Below are positions 36,696-46,512 of a DNA stretch of 64,000 bases, piece by piece. Every line of letters starts with the position of its first letter. The first letter of the stretch is position 1. The position numbers and the translations under genes were made by a program. The stretch covers positions 1,744-65,743 of the forward strand of contig CBDVDH010000016.1 in assembly GCA_965372715.1 (NCBI GenBank), written 5' to 3'. Origin of the DNA: an uncultured bacterium (GTDB lineage Bacteria; B130-G9). The notes under the pieces were generated by a model. It did not search any database and had not been told where the DNA came from. It saw nothing but the letters and a program-made list of their open reading frames with translations.

Positions 36696-39182
36696 CTAGC
36701 CTGAGGTTGGCGGCTCTCGCGCCGGGGGTTCGCTCGCCATCGACTGCGTGTCGTCACGGTCGGCGGAATACAGCCACTTGTAGATGCGGTATGAGGCGAG
36801 GACCTTTTGGGCGTAGCGGCGGGTCTCGGAGAAGGCTATTGCGTTGATGAATTCCTCGTCCGCCACCTCGTCTGGACACGTCTTGAGCCATCTCTCGACG
36901 TTGCTCGGGCCGCCATTGTAAGATGCCAGGGCGAAAACCATCCGGCCGTCGAAGCGGTTTAGGAGTTGGCTCAAGTATTTGACGCCCAGCGCGATATTGG
37001 TCTCTGGCTCATAGAGCTCATGAAGCGCCACGCTGCCGAGTCCCAAGGACCGAGCTACCTGCCTGGCCGTCGGCGGGATCAGCTGCATGACGCCCCTGGC
37101 CGCTGCCGACGAGACGCTCCCGACTTGGAAACGGCTCTCCTCCCGGATTACCGCATAGACGATGGCCGGGTCAACGTCGTGCATCCTGCTGTATTGCTCA
37201 ACGTGGCGCGAGAATCCGCGCGGATACATCGCCTCAACAAACCACGTCGGCGTGTCTGAGACAGCAAGGCCAAGACCGTTGAGCCCCTTGAAAGCACGCT
37301 CCGCGAGCAGAATGGTCTCATTCCGCCTTCCGAGCCGCTCAAACGTTCTGATAGTGGCGTAGAGTGTTTCCAGGTCTTTGGGCTTCCTGAGAGACAGCGA
37401 TCGAAGAATGTGCGCGCCCTTGTCGTCCATCCCGAGCGAGATGAAGAACGAGGCCACGTCTCTTTCTGTCCCATTACCCTCCTGAGGCGGAGGCCTCAAG
37501 GGCCATCTTGGGCGCCCGTCGAGCGCAAAGAGGCCCGCCGTCCGCTCGTGCGCCTTCAGAAAAGCATCCCGCAATTCGGCAGCCTTGCGCCACGTCGCGG
37601 AACCGTCGGCCGACAGAACTTGAGCCTTCCGAAGCATGGCGAGATAGCCAGCGTCGTCCCCCTTGCGGCGACACTGCTCACCCGAGCGAAACGCGTCATC
37701 AACCAGCCTCGTCAGCACGCTGGGATTAACCTTGCCCTCCGCCTTCAGCTCGCGGAGCCTGTCGAGCGAGGCAAGACCGAAATAGATGTTGGGGAAGTCG
37801 GCGTAATTGGCAGCGTAGCGTTCGGCTGCCTCCTCATAGTTGCCCTGCAAGTCGCGCAATTTCGCCATGAAGTAGCAGGCGTCGTCGTAGTAAGGGGTTT
37901 CCTGTCCCAAAGTGATCAGCCGAGACAGGGCCTCTTCTCCGGATGCCAAGTGGCCGGCGCCGAACGCCGCGAGCACGAGGCGCCACATCGCGTGAGCCGC
38001 GTAACTCTCTTGCGGGAACTGCTCGAGAACGGATTCAAAGGCTGCGCGGGATTGCCCGTCCCGTCCGGCTGCTTCGAGCTCTCGACCGACCAGAAATGCC
38101 GCCTTCGCGCGCGTTGAATCGTCAGGTGAGCTGGCGGAGACAGCGCTATAGCGTTGGATAGCGCTATCGTGCCGACCCAGCCTGCTATGGCAGTGCCCGA
38201 TATATGTATCCGCCCAGGCTATGTCCTTAGGCTCTCGATAATCTTCTTTCAGCCGCTCAAACTGCCTCGCCGCCGCGGAGTAGCTCTTCTGTTTGAAGAG
38301 GCAAAGCGCCGTCGTGCGCCTGGCCTTTGCCAGGAGTGGTTTTGGGCTTCTTGGGGGCACCTTGCGGAGATAGCGAAGGCCCGCCGTGTACTTGTGGTTC
38401 CAGAGGCAGACCTCACCGGCGGCAAGGTAGAACGCTGGACCAAGACGTTTGTCGATCCCGCAATGAGGTTTGAGCGCAAGAAGCCTATCAAGCGACCTGG
38501 CGCTGTAGTCATTCCGGTCCTCGCGCATCAAAAGGGAGAGGTATCGCTCGCACGCCTGGTCTATCCTGCCCAACTTCTCCAGGCAGCTCGCTATCATAAA
38601 GGAGAAGCGCGTGTCACTGTTTGACCGAAAGACGGCGCCGAGGCGCTCAAAATGGACGAGCGCAGCATCGTAACGCCCGGCGTTATAGAGCGCCTGAGCG
38701 AGGCCACTGACGGCTTCCTTGAACCCGTTGTCGGGCGGGTATTCGTCGCCTAGCGTCTTCGCGGCAGCTTCGGCCTGAGCCCAATGCTCGCCCTTCACGG
38801 CCCACGAAATAGCGTCGCAGAGAGCGTGCTTGCCGATCGGGCCCGCCGATGACGCCTGTAAAGCGATGAGAAGCCGCGCCGCGTCCGCGTAGGCGCCCAT
38901 TTGGCCAGAAGTCACGGCCCTAAGATAGTCGAGGCGGTAGGCGCGGTAGGCGCCGGGGAGCAGGTTCGCTATCTCGTCCAGCTCTTTAAGCAGAGCGTCA
39001 TAGTTCTTCTGCCTGAAGAGGTCCGCCAGTCGTTCCGCGCGGGCGCTGGTCTCCCAGACTTCTAACGCGTCAGCAAGCCTCAAGAGGGTTCCGCTCGCGT
39101 GAGCGGCAGACGGCACGATTACACACGAAAGCAGAATAACTGCAACAGCGGCCGGCCCGAACGACCTCACATTCCCAAGCAT
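36696..39182 (-). CDS. slt: Soluble lytic murein transglycosylase with TPR-like superhelix
   Basis: Signal peptide; helical repeats; SLT domain AVIREESRF...ARGVMQLIP...LASYNGG...ETRRYAQKV. Confidence 0.88.
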   Translation of the reverse strand: MLGNVRSFGPAAVAVILLSCVIVPSAAHASGTLLRLADALEVWETSARAERLADLFRQKNYDALLKELDEIANLLPGAYRAYRLDYLRAVTSGQMGAYADAARLLIALQASSAGPIGKHALCDAISWAVKGEHWAQAEAAAKTLGDEYPPDNGFKEAVSGLAQALYNAGRYDAALVHFERLGAVFRSNSDTRFSFMIASCLEKLGRIDQACERYLSLLMREDRNDYSARSLDRLLALKPHCGIDKRLGPAFYLAAGEVCLWNHKYTAGLRYLRKVPPRSPKPLLAKARRTTALCLFKQKSYSAAARQFERLKEDYREPKDIAWADTYIGHCHSRLGRHDSAIQRYSAVSASSPDDSTRAKAAFLVGRELEAAGRDGQSRAAFESVLEQFPQESYAAHAMWRLVLAAFGAGHLASGEEALSRLITLGQETPYYDDACYFMAKLRDLQGNYEEAAERYAANYADFPNIYFGLASLDRLRELKAEGKVNPSVLTRLVDDAFRSGEQCRRKGDDAGYLAMLRKAQVLSADGSATWRKAAELRDAFLKAHERTAGLFALDGRPRWPLRPPPQEGNGTERDVASFFISLGMDDKGAHILRSLSLRKPKDLETLYATIRTFERLGRRNETILLAERAFKGLNGLGLAVSDTPTWFVEAMYPRGFSRHVEQYSRMHDVDPAIVYAVIREESRFQVGSVSSAAARGVMQLIPPTARQVARSLGLGSVALHELYEPETNIALGVKYLSQLLNRFDGRMVFALASYNGGPSNVERWLKTCPDEVADEEFINAIAFSETRRYAQKVLASYRIYKWLYSADRDDTQSMASEPPAREPPTSG

Positions 39183-39279
39183 AGGCGCCTCGAGTTCCTA
39201 TCAATCGACGAACTGAACACTGAATAGGCTATCGGATGTTGACCGGGTAACTTAAGACGAAAGCGAGCCGAACGCAAAT

Positions 39280-39759
39280 CTAAAGTATCTTGCGGACGTA
39301 TTCTTCAAGACCGCCCTCGCTGAGGATCGCCGTCACCTGTTCGGGGAACGGTGCAAATGCGAATTCCCTCCCATCGACCAGTATGATGCTCCTTGACAGG
39401 TCAAGAGCGACGTTGGAATCGGAGCGTATCGCACTAGCGCAGTCTGGGTGCTCGATCGCGGGCAGCCCCGCGTTGATCGCATTTCTGAAGAAGATGCGAG
39501 CAAACGACTTCGCGATAATCACCGAGACGCCCGCGTATTTGAGAGCAAACGCTGCCTGCTCCCTTGAACTGCCGCAGCCGAAGTTCCTCCCGGCAACGAT
39601 TACATCCCCCTGGTGAACGGTCTTCGCGAAGGACGGGTCGAGGTCCTCCAGGGCGTGCTTCGCCATCTGGGCCGGGTCCGACACTGTGTATGTGTATTTG
39701 CCCGGGAAGATGACATCGGTGTTCACGTCATCTCCAAGAATCCATACTTTGGGCTGCAT
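39280..39759 (-). CDS. Second, orphan LeuD/homoaconitase-type small subunit
   Basis: LGDDVNTDVIFPGKY, NFGCGSSREQA, SFARIFFRNAINAGLP; no large subunit adjacent. Confidence 0.88.
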   Translation of the reverse strand: MQPKVWILGDDVNTDVIFPGKYTYTVSDPAQMAKHALEDLDPSFAKTVHQGDVIVAGRNFGCGSSREQAAFALKYAGVSVIIAKSFARIFFRNAINAGLPAIEHPDCASAIRSDSNVALDLSRSIILVDGREFAFAPFPEQVTAILSEGGLEEYVRKIL

Positions 39760-39801
39760 TATCTCATCCTCTCAGGTCCCAGGAACGGACTGCGATGATG
39801 C

Positions 39802-40722
39802 TCATTCAGTCCTTCTAGTCCTCTTCTTTCGTTTCTTCTGGCTGGCGACTGCGGCCTGTCTGCGCGTATCGATTGACGTGGTTTTCTTAACTTTAGATTC
39901 GGTCTTGGCAGGGGAAGGAGCGGACAGTTTGCGGCATCTCTTCCTGAGCATGTCGGCCTGCTTGGCCTGAAGAGGAACCGCCGCGCCTTCGGGCATCTTG
40001 CCCAGCCTCAGATAAAAGAGCCTGATGCGCTTCAGCTTCGCGACCGGATGCCCCAAGGCCTGAAGCATCCGCTTGAGCAGCCTGTTTCGCCCCTCAGTTA
40101 CGACGACTCGAAGCCACGAATTGCAGGACGTCTTGCGGTGAATCTCGATGCGATTTGCCCGGGCTCGGCCATCCTGAAGCCGCACACCTCGCCTCGCCCT
40201 GTCAAGCGTTTCTTCAGTAGGGATGCCTCGGACCTTAACTAGATATTCCTTCTCGACCTCGAATCGGGGATGGGTCAGTATTTGGGCGATTTCGCCGTCA
40301 TTGGTGAGCAACATCAGGCCTTGACTGTCGAGATCGAGTCGGCCCACAGGGAAGAGACGTTCCTTGCAATCGGGCACGAGCTCGAGGACTGTCGGGCGGC
40401 CTTCGGGGTCTGCGCAGCTTGAGAGCATTCCCTTGGGCTTGTTAATGAGGAAATAGACAAGCTGGGCGCCCGTTTCTATCCTCTTGCCTTGAACCTCTAT
40501 TCGCGCGTTTGTCGGGTCCAGCTTGAAGCCCAGGTCACAGATGACCTCTCCGTCAACTGAGACCTGGCGGGCGGTGATAAGTTCCTCGCACTTGCGCCTC
40601 GCGCCGAGGCCCGCTTCCGCCAGGACTTTGTGAAGCCGCTGCTTGCAAGAGGCGTTGGTCGTGGCGGTTTTGTGTTTCTTCATCAATGCCCTCGCAACCT
40701 CAGAGGATGGCCTGATGTTCAA
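39802..40722 (-). CDS. rluB: rRNA pseudouridine synthase, RluB/RsuA family (alternative start 40683)
   Basis: S4 domain RLHKVLAEAGLGARRKCEELI; catalytic VGRLDLDSQGL; EGRNR; basic C-terminal tail. Confidence 0.85.
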   Translation of the reverse strand: MNIRPSSEVARALMKKHKTATTNASCKQRLHKVLAEAGLGARRKCEELITARQVSVDGEVICDLGFKLDPTNARIEVQGKRIETGAQLVYFLINKPKGMLSSCADPEGRPTVLELVPDCKERLFPVGRLDLDSQGLMLLTNDGEIAQILTHPRFEVEKEYLVKVRGIPTEETLDRARRGVRLQDGRARANRIEIHRKTSCNSWLRVVVTEGRNRLLKRMLQALGHPVAKLKRIRLFYLRLGKMPEGAAVPLQAKQADMLRKRCRKLSAPSPAKTESKVKKTTSIDTRRQAAVASQKKRKKRTRRTE

Positions 40723-40730
40723 AAAGCCCC

Positions 40731-42035
40731 TCAGTTGAGAAGCCTGAGGATATCGTTACAGGATATGAACAACATGAAGCCGATCAGGATTGCGAAGCCG
40801 ATCCGAGTGGAAATCTCCTTGAATTTCAGACTTACGGGGCGCTTCGTCGCCGCCTCAACGCCCAGGAACATGACGTGGCCTCCGTCGAGGACGGGAATCG
40901 GAAGCAGATTCAAGATGAACAGCTGAACGCTCAAGAAGGCGATCAGCTGGAGTAGCGGGGCCGTTCCAGCCCTTGCGTACTGCCCGGAGACCCTGGCAAT
41001 CATGATCGGCCCCCCCAGGCTCTTGATCGAGGCCTGACCGGTAACAAGTCTGCGGAGTATCGTGAGCGTGAGGTGTATGGTCGAGAAAAGCCTCCCAGTT
41101 CCCTTGTAGATGGCCTTGCCAAACGAGTACTTGACGGTTTTGGCCGGGCGCCCCGGGGCCGCAATCCCTATGGCGAACGAGTCCAGTTCCTTGCTGAATT
41201 CGGGAAGAACCTGCAGCGTAAGCATTGCCTCACCCCTCTTGATCTGCATCGTGAGCGGTTTGCCGGCGCAAGCCTTGATCACGTCCCGCAGCTGCATCCA
41301 ATCGGAGACTTTCTCGCCGTCTATGCTCAAGATGAGGTCTTTGCTTTTGAGGCCTGCCCTACCGGCGGGGCGGTCTGGAGTAACTCTCTCGATCAGCGGC
41401 GGCATCGGCGGTTCCACCCCTATCACGCCGGCGCCGTAGTTGCTCTCCTCAGCTACCTTGAGACTCAATGCTCTCTTTCGGCCCCCACGGTCGATCACCA
41501 TAGCGATCTGCTGGTTAGGACGGATTGCTATCTCTGTCAGCGCGGCCTCCCACGTAGGCGTAAGAGTTCCCATGACCTCAACTATTCTGTCTCCCGATGT
41601 GATTCCTGCGTTCCAGGCGGGCGAGTCCTTCTGAACCCAACCGACCGTGGCCGGCTGATCGACATAGGCGGGAACTGAGATGCCAAGCATATAAATGAGC
41701 GGGAAGACGATCGCGGCCAACGCCAGGTTAGCCAAAGGGCCGGCGACGAACACATAAAGCCGCTGGAGTTTGCCTCGAGAGCAGAGCTCGTGGTGTTCTG
41801 GTTTCTCGCCCTCCGGCTCTTCCTGCCCTGCGATTTTGACGTAACCGCCCCAAGGGATGAGCGAGACTATGTATTCTGTCTCGCCTCGCTTTATGCCAAA
41901 GAGCTTTGGCCAGAAGCCAATCGAGAACTTGTCAACTCTGACACCGATCGACTTGGCCGCGAAGAAATGACCGAGCTCGTGCACGATCACAAGAATGCCC
42001 AGAACCACAAGGAACATGAAAATCGTGAAAAGCAA
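40731..42035 (-). CDS. rseP: RIP metalloprotease RseP
   Basis: HELGH, two PDZ domains, NLLPIPVLDGGH. Confidence 0.95.
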   Translation of the reverse strand: MLFTIFMFLVVLGILVIVHELGHFFAAKSIGVRVDKFSIGFWPKLFGIKRGETEYIVSLIPWGGYVKIAGQEEPEGEKPEHHELCSRGKLQRLYVFVAGPLANLALAAIVFPLIYMLGISVPAYVDQPATVGWVQKDSPAWNAGITSGDRIVEVMGTLTPTWEAALTEIAIRPNQQIAMVIDRGGRKRALSLKVAEESNYGAGVIGVEPPMPPLIERVTPDRPAGRAGLKSKDLILSIDGEKVSDWMQLRDVIKACAGKPLTMQIKRGEAMLTLQVLPEFSKELDSFAIGIAAPGRPAKTVKYSFGKAIYKGTGRLFSTIHLTLTILRRLVTGQASIKSLGGPIMIARVSGQYARAGTAPLLQLIAFLSVQLFILNLLPIPVLDGGHVMFLGVEAATKRPVSLKFKEISTRIGFAILIGFMLFISCNDILRLLN

Positions 42036-42048
42036 AGCCGTTAACCCT

Positions 42049-43224
42049 TTAATTCCTGCCCGTTATGCGCCGGGCCTCCGCCTCCGCCGATTGAGCCGCC
42101 CACTCCTTCACGGTAAGGAGTGTCTCAAGTCCGTCGATCTCGACAACCTCATGCTGCTGCATCGTCGCCTCAATGACTTCCGGCATCTGCGCAAGACTAA
42201 TCGCGCCACTTCTAAAATACTCTATCGCGACTTCATCGGCAACACACATCACGGCCGGCATGCTGCCGCCGGCTCGAGCGGCTTGGTAAGCGATCTCTAG
42301 ACATCGAAAACGGCGCTTGTCAACTCTCTCGAAGTGGAGGGCGCAGAGCTCATCTAGTGATAGGGTACGAATATCATATCTCAGTCGTTCACCCTGGGAC
42401 AAGGCGTAAAGGATTGGCACTTCCATATTGGGGACGCCCAGTTGCGCCTTCCAGGAGCCATCAACGAACTCCACCATCGAGTGGACTATGCACTCTGGAT
42501 GAATGAGGACATCGACCTTGTCGGGGGACTGGTCAAAAATGACGCAGGCCTCGATCACCTCGAGGCCCTTGTTCATCAGAGTAGCCGAGTCGACGTTGAT
42601 CTTCTCACCCATGTTCCAGACCGGGTGCTGCTGTGTCTCTTGAAACGTTCTCCTTTGCAGCTGCTCGATCGAGTCGTTGCGAAAAGGCCCGCCGGAGGCC
42701 GTCAGGATGAGCCTCTTGACCGATTCCGGCGCCTCGCCTATCAGGCACTGCATGATGGCGCTATGTTCGGAGTCGATCGGCGTTATGTTGGAGCCATTCT
42801 GACGTGCGATTCGCATGAGAAGCGGACCCATCATCACGAGGCTCTCTTTGTTGGCCAGCGCTATGTCGTATCCCGCTTCTGCGGCAAGATAAGTTGCGTA
42901 GAGGCCGGCCTGACCAGAGACCGCTGAGACAACGACATCCGGGGCAGATTTCCCTATGAACTCATCGAGCGATTCGTTGCCGTGCAGCACTTCGCACGAC
43001 GTGTGCCCGGCCCTTTTGAGAAGGCCAATGAGCCCCTGAGCGCCGGCCGCGTCCTGAACCCAGGCTAGCGCTGGCCTGAATCGGATGATCTGCTCGGCGA
43101 GAAGCGCGATGTTCCGCCCCCCAGCAAGTCCCGTGGCCGAGAAGTGGCGGGTGAATGAACCAATGACTTGCAACGTCTGCCGGCCAATTGACCCGGTGCT
43201 GCCGAGTATCGTTATTCGTTTCAT
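42049..43224 (-). CDS. dxr: 1-deoxy-D-xylulose 5-phosphate reductoisomerase
   Basis: LGSTGSIG, LANKESLV, PIDSEHSAI, DSATLMNKGLEVIEA. Confidence 0.96.
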   Translation of the reverse strand: MKRITILGSTGSIGRQTLQVIGSFTRHFSATGLAGGRNIALLAEQIIRFRPALAWVQDAAGAQGLIGLLKRAGHTSCEVLHGNESLDEFIGKSAPDVVVSAVSGQAGLYATYLAAEAGYDIALANKESLVMMGPLLMRIARQNGSNITPIDSEHSAIMQCLIGEAPESVKRLILTASGGPFRNDSIEQLQRRTFQETQQHPVWNMGEKINVDSATLMNKGLEVIEACVIFDQSPDKVDVLIHPECIVHSMVEFVDGSWKAQLGVPNMEVPILYALSQGERLRYDIRTLSLDELCALHFERVDKRRFRCLEIAYQAARAGGSMPAVMCVADEVAIEYFRSGAISLAQMPEVIEATMQQHEVVEIDGLETLLTVKEWAAQSAEAEARRITGRN

Positions 43225-43257
43225 CTTCGTCCGTGGGGAGGCAAGAAGCGGCCAGCG

Positions 43258-44094
43258 CTACAGCGCTTTGCCCATAACAATTATCGCGAAAACATACATA
43301 ACGGGGGCGTTGAACAGGAGACTATCCATTCTATCGAGCATCCCGCCGTGTCCGGGAAGGAGGGCTCCGGCGTCCTTTTGCCCGGCCGCCCGCTTGACCA
43401 GGGATACGCAGAAGTCGCCCAGCTGGCCGAAAACGCCCAGCAGAAGCCCTAGTATCGCCGCTTGCCCGATAGAGAACAGGCCGAAGAACGCGAAAAGGAG
43501 AATGCTTGCAATCGTTGAGGCGGCAATCCCAGCGACGAAGCCCTCGACCGTTTTGTTCGGGCTGATTCGCTGAAGCGCCTTGTGCTTCCCCCACCTGCGG
43601 CCGCAGAAGTAAGCGGCGATGTCGCACAGCCACGTCAGGACCAATAGAAGCAGAACGAGTTGTAGTCCGAAATAACTCGGGTATTCCGGGAATTCGGGAT
43701 TGGGGATAGCTCCCAGACAGACCACGAAGCTCGCGAGAAATGGGAGGAACACGAGCGCGAAGACCGAAAATGCGACCTGGGTCAACACCACAGGCGGCTC
43801 TCCACGGGACAACAGGCCGCGAAGCAGCACGGCGAGAATCGATGTGAGCAGTATCAGACAGATTACTTTGATGTCAGTGCTCAAGAACGCAAACGCGCAC
43901 GACAGAAGCCCGATCAGGAGCCAATATATCTCGATACCGGACGCCTTGAGCATCCTTCGGAGCTCGCGAAGGCCGCATAGAACGACGGCCAGGACAAGAA
44001 TGCTCAGGCCGATGTTGCCGTAGAGAACGATTATTGCCAGAACAACCGGCGCCGCAATGACTGCCGTAACGACGCGGGTCTTAAGCTGGGTCAA
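43258..44094 (-). CDS. cdsA: Phosphatidate cytidylyltransferase
   Basis: Multi-TM; DIAAYFCG, ISPNKTVEG, GHGGMLDRMDS. Confidence 0.93.
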   Translation of the reverse strand: MTQLKTRVVTAVIAAPVVLAIIVLYGNIGLSILVLAVVLCGLRELRRMLKASGIEIYWLLIGLLSCAFAFLSTDIKVICLILLTSILAVLLRGLLSRGEPPVVLTQVAFSVFALVFLPFLASFVVCLGAIPNPEFPEYPSYFGLQLVLLLLVLTWLCDIAAYFCGRRWGKHKALQRISPNKTVEGFVAGIAASTIASILLFAFFGLFSIGQAAILGLLLGVFGQLGDFCVSLVKRAAGQKDAGALLPGHGGMLDRMDSLLFNAPVMYVFAIIVMGKAL

Positions 44095-44097
44095 TTG

Positions 44098-44835
44098 TCA
44101 GTCAATCCTTCCGAATCTTCTCGTTCTGCTCATGTAGTCAGCTATGGCCTCGTGCAGGTGCTTCTCGCGAAAATCGGGCCACAAGACGTCAGTAACGTAT
44201 ATTTCTGTATAGGCGATCTGCCACAGCAGGAAGTTTGAGACCCGCATCTCGGCGCTCGTTCTGATCAGAAGGTCCGGGTCAGGTTGATCGAAGGAATCAA
44301 GATAGGTTGCGAACACCTTCTCGTCGAGCGTCGAGAGATCAAGCGCGCCCCCAGCGTGCCCGCGGGCAATTCTCAGAGCGGCGCGCAGTATGTCCTGCCG
44401 GCCGCTGTAATTGAGCGCCAGGTTGAGTCGCATCCCCGTCAGGTCGCTCGTTGCCTCACCGACTTCCTTGAGCGCTTCCTGAGCATGCTCCGGGAGCTGG
44501 GAAATATCGCCGAAAGTCCCGAGCCTTATGTTGTTGTCCAGAAGCTCCTGCTTTTCGGCCCTAAGGTATTCAGTTAGGAGCAGCATAAGGGCCACGATCT
44601 CATCGACCGGCCGCTTCCAGTTCTCGTATGAGAAAGCATAAAGCGTGAGGTGGCCTATTTTGATCCTCGCGCATTCCGTAACAACAGCCCGGACAGATTC
44701 TATGCCCTCGGTGTGACCTGCAATGCGTGGCAAGCCTCGACTCTTGGCCCACCTGCCATTGCCATCCATTACGATCGCGATGTGGCGAGGCAGCCTTGAT
44801 CTATCGATTCTGGGTATTTCATCTTTTGACGTCGT
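44098..44835 (-). CDS. uppS: Undecaprenyl diphosphate synthase; start codon unresolved
   Basis: The frame is open 22 codons upstream of the ORF-track start (44769), giving RLPRHIAIVMDGNGRWA; also FSYENWKRP, DLLIRTS, SNFLLWQIAY. No in-frame ATG/GTG/TTG before the MDG. Confidence 0.9.
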   Translation of the reverse strand, partial: TTSKDEIPRIDRSRLPRHIAIVMDGNGRWAKSRGLPRIAGHTEGIESVRAVVTECARIKIGHLTLYAFSYENWKRPVDEIVALMLLLTEYLRAEKQELLDNNIRLGTFGDISQLPEHAQEALKEVGEATSDLTGMRLNLALNYSGRQDILRAALRIARGHAGGALDLSTLDEKVFATYLDSFDQPDPDLLIRTSAEMRVSNFLLWQIAYTEIYVTDVLWPDFREKHLHEAIADYMSRTRRFGRID

Positions 44836-44992
44836 TTATCCCCCCTGCTGACCAGAACACGCGCCCTGTATCCGAGAATACTAAACGTGGTTTGCGTGTC
44901 CAGGCCCGTAGTTCAGAATACGTCCGGGCTATACCTGCGCGACGTGAGGCAGGTATAACTCAACACGGCGTTGAAGTCTAACCGATAAAGCC

Positions 44993-45163
44993 CTACTCCG
45001 GAGCAATCGCGTCAACGGGGCAGACTTCTACGCACGCCCCGCAGTCAGTGCATTTATCCTTGTCTATCACATACTTGTCCTCGCCCTCCGAGATGGCATC
45101 GAAGTTGCAGGCATCCACGCATGTCCCGCAAGAAATGCACTCATCGCTTATCACGTGCGGCAT
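44993..45163 (-). CDS. 2[4Fe-4S] ferredoxin, 56 aa (below the ORF-track cutoff)
   Basis: My translation: MPHVISDECISCGTCVDACNFDAISEGEDKYVIDKDKCTDCGACVEVCPVDAIAPE; two CxxCxxCxxxC motifs; GGAGGA RBS. Confidence 0.93.
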   Translation of the reverse strand: MPHVISDECISCGTCVDACNFDAISEGEDKYVIDKDKCTDCGACVEVCPVDAIAPE

Positions 45164-45233
45164 GTTTTATCCTCCCTTCAGTCTCAATCCGTTCGGAGAG
45201 AATATATATCTCTCCAAGCCAATCCTGAAAGCG

Positions 45234-45791
45234 TTAGAACTCCATCAGTTCCTTCTGCTTGTTCTCTTGTATCTCATCGATTTGAGTCACAAACTTGTCA
45301 GTCAAATCCTGAAGATCATCATAAGCCACACTGGCCTCATCCTCCGAGATCTCCTTTTCTTTCTCAAGTGCACGAATATGATTCTTGGCATCCTTGCGGA
45401 CGTTCCTTACCGCGGCCCTGGTATCCTCGCAGCCTCTGGCAGCCGCAGCCCCCAGCTTCTTGCGACGCTCTTCGGAGAGTGGAGGAATCGTGATCCTGAT
45501 CACGTTACCGTCGTTGGCCGGCGTAAGGTCGTCGCCAGACCGAAGGATTGAGTTCTCGACGTTTTTCAGAAGACTCGGGTCCCACGGTTGGATTACGATC
45601 AAGCCGCTCTCAGGGACCGAGATCGTTGCCAGCTGGGAAAGCGGCGTTTTCTCGCCGTAGCAATCGACCATGATATCGGAAACAAGCAAAGGGCTGGCCC
45701 TGCCGGTCCTCATTCTCGAGAGATGCCTTACAAGCGCATCAACGGTCTTCTGCATCTTCTCCCCGGTGTCTGTGAATATGTCGTCAAGCAT
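45234..45791 (-). CDS. frr: Ribosome recycling factor
   Basis: MRTGRASP, IQPWD, PPLSEERRK, VRNVR. Confidence 0.95.
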   Translation of the reverse strand: MLDDIFTDTGEKMQKTVDALVRHLSRMRTGRASPLLVSDIMVDCYGEKTPLSQLATISVPESGLIVIQPWDPSLLKNVENSILRSGDDLTPANDGNVIRITIPPLSEERRKKLGAAAARGCEDTRAAVRNVRKDAKNHIRALEKEKEISEDEASVAYDDLQDLTDKFVTQIDEIQENKQKELMEF

Positions 45792-46509
45792 CTTGCGCCT
45801 CCCCAAGCAAAGTTCCCACGTTTGCGCCCGTCAAAACCCCTCTAAGGTTGCCCTTCTCAAGGAGATTGAAAACGATAATTGGTAGGTTGTTGGCGCGGCA
45901 CAAAGAGACTGCCGTCAAATCCATGACCGAAAGGCCCGAGAGCAAATAGTCCTTGTAGCCAAGCCTCTCGTATCGTTTCGCGTCGCGGTCAACCGCTGGG
46001 TCTGCCGTATATACACCATCAACATTAGTCGCCTTGAGGAAAACATCGGCCTTAAGCTCGAGCGCACGCAGCGCCCCGGCCGTGTCCGTCGTAAAATATG
46101 GGCTGCCAGTTCCGCAGCACAGAATCACCACCCGGCCCTTCTCGAGATGCCTCAGCGCTCGCCGATGAATAAACGGTTCAGCGACCTTCTGAATAGGTAT
46201 CGCCGTCATCACACGTGTCTCAAGTTCCTTCCGCTCAAGAGCCGCCTGAAGTGCGAGGGCGTTGATGACGGTCGCCATCATGCCCATATAGTCGCCGCTG
46301 CTGCGATCGATGCCGAATTCCTTGGCGCTTTTCCCACGATAGATGTTTCCGCCGCCAACTACGATCGCCAAGTCAACTCCCAAACAATGCGCATCAACTA
46401 TCTCATCGGTTACCCATTCAAGCCGCTTCGGGTCAATCCCCGCTTCATGACTCCCGAGCAGCGCCTGGCCGGAGAGCTTCAGAAGAACGCACTGATACCT
46501 GAGGTCCAT
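45784..46509 (-). CDS. pyrH: UMP kinase
   Basis: LLKLSG, VVGGGNIYRG, GDYMGMMAT, PYFTTDT, ATNVDGVY. Confidence 0.96.
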   Translation of the reverse strand: MDLRYQCVLLKLSGQALLGSHEAGIDPKRLEWVTDEIVDAHCLGVDLAIVVGGGNIYRGKSAKEFGIDRSSGDYMGMMATVINALALQAALERKELETRVMTAIPIQKVAEPFIHRRALRHLEKGRVVILCCGTGSPYFTTDTAGALRALELKADVFLKATNVDGVYTADPAVDRDAKRYERLGYKDYLLSGLSVMDLTAVSLCRANNLPIIVFNLLEKGNLRGVLTGANVGTLLGEAQDA

Positions 46510-46512
46510 TTG

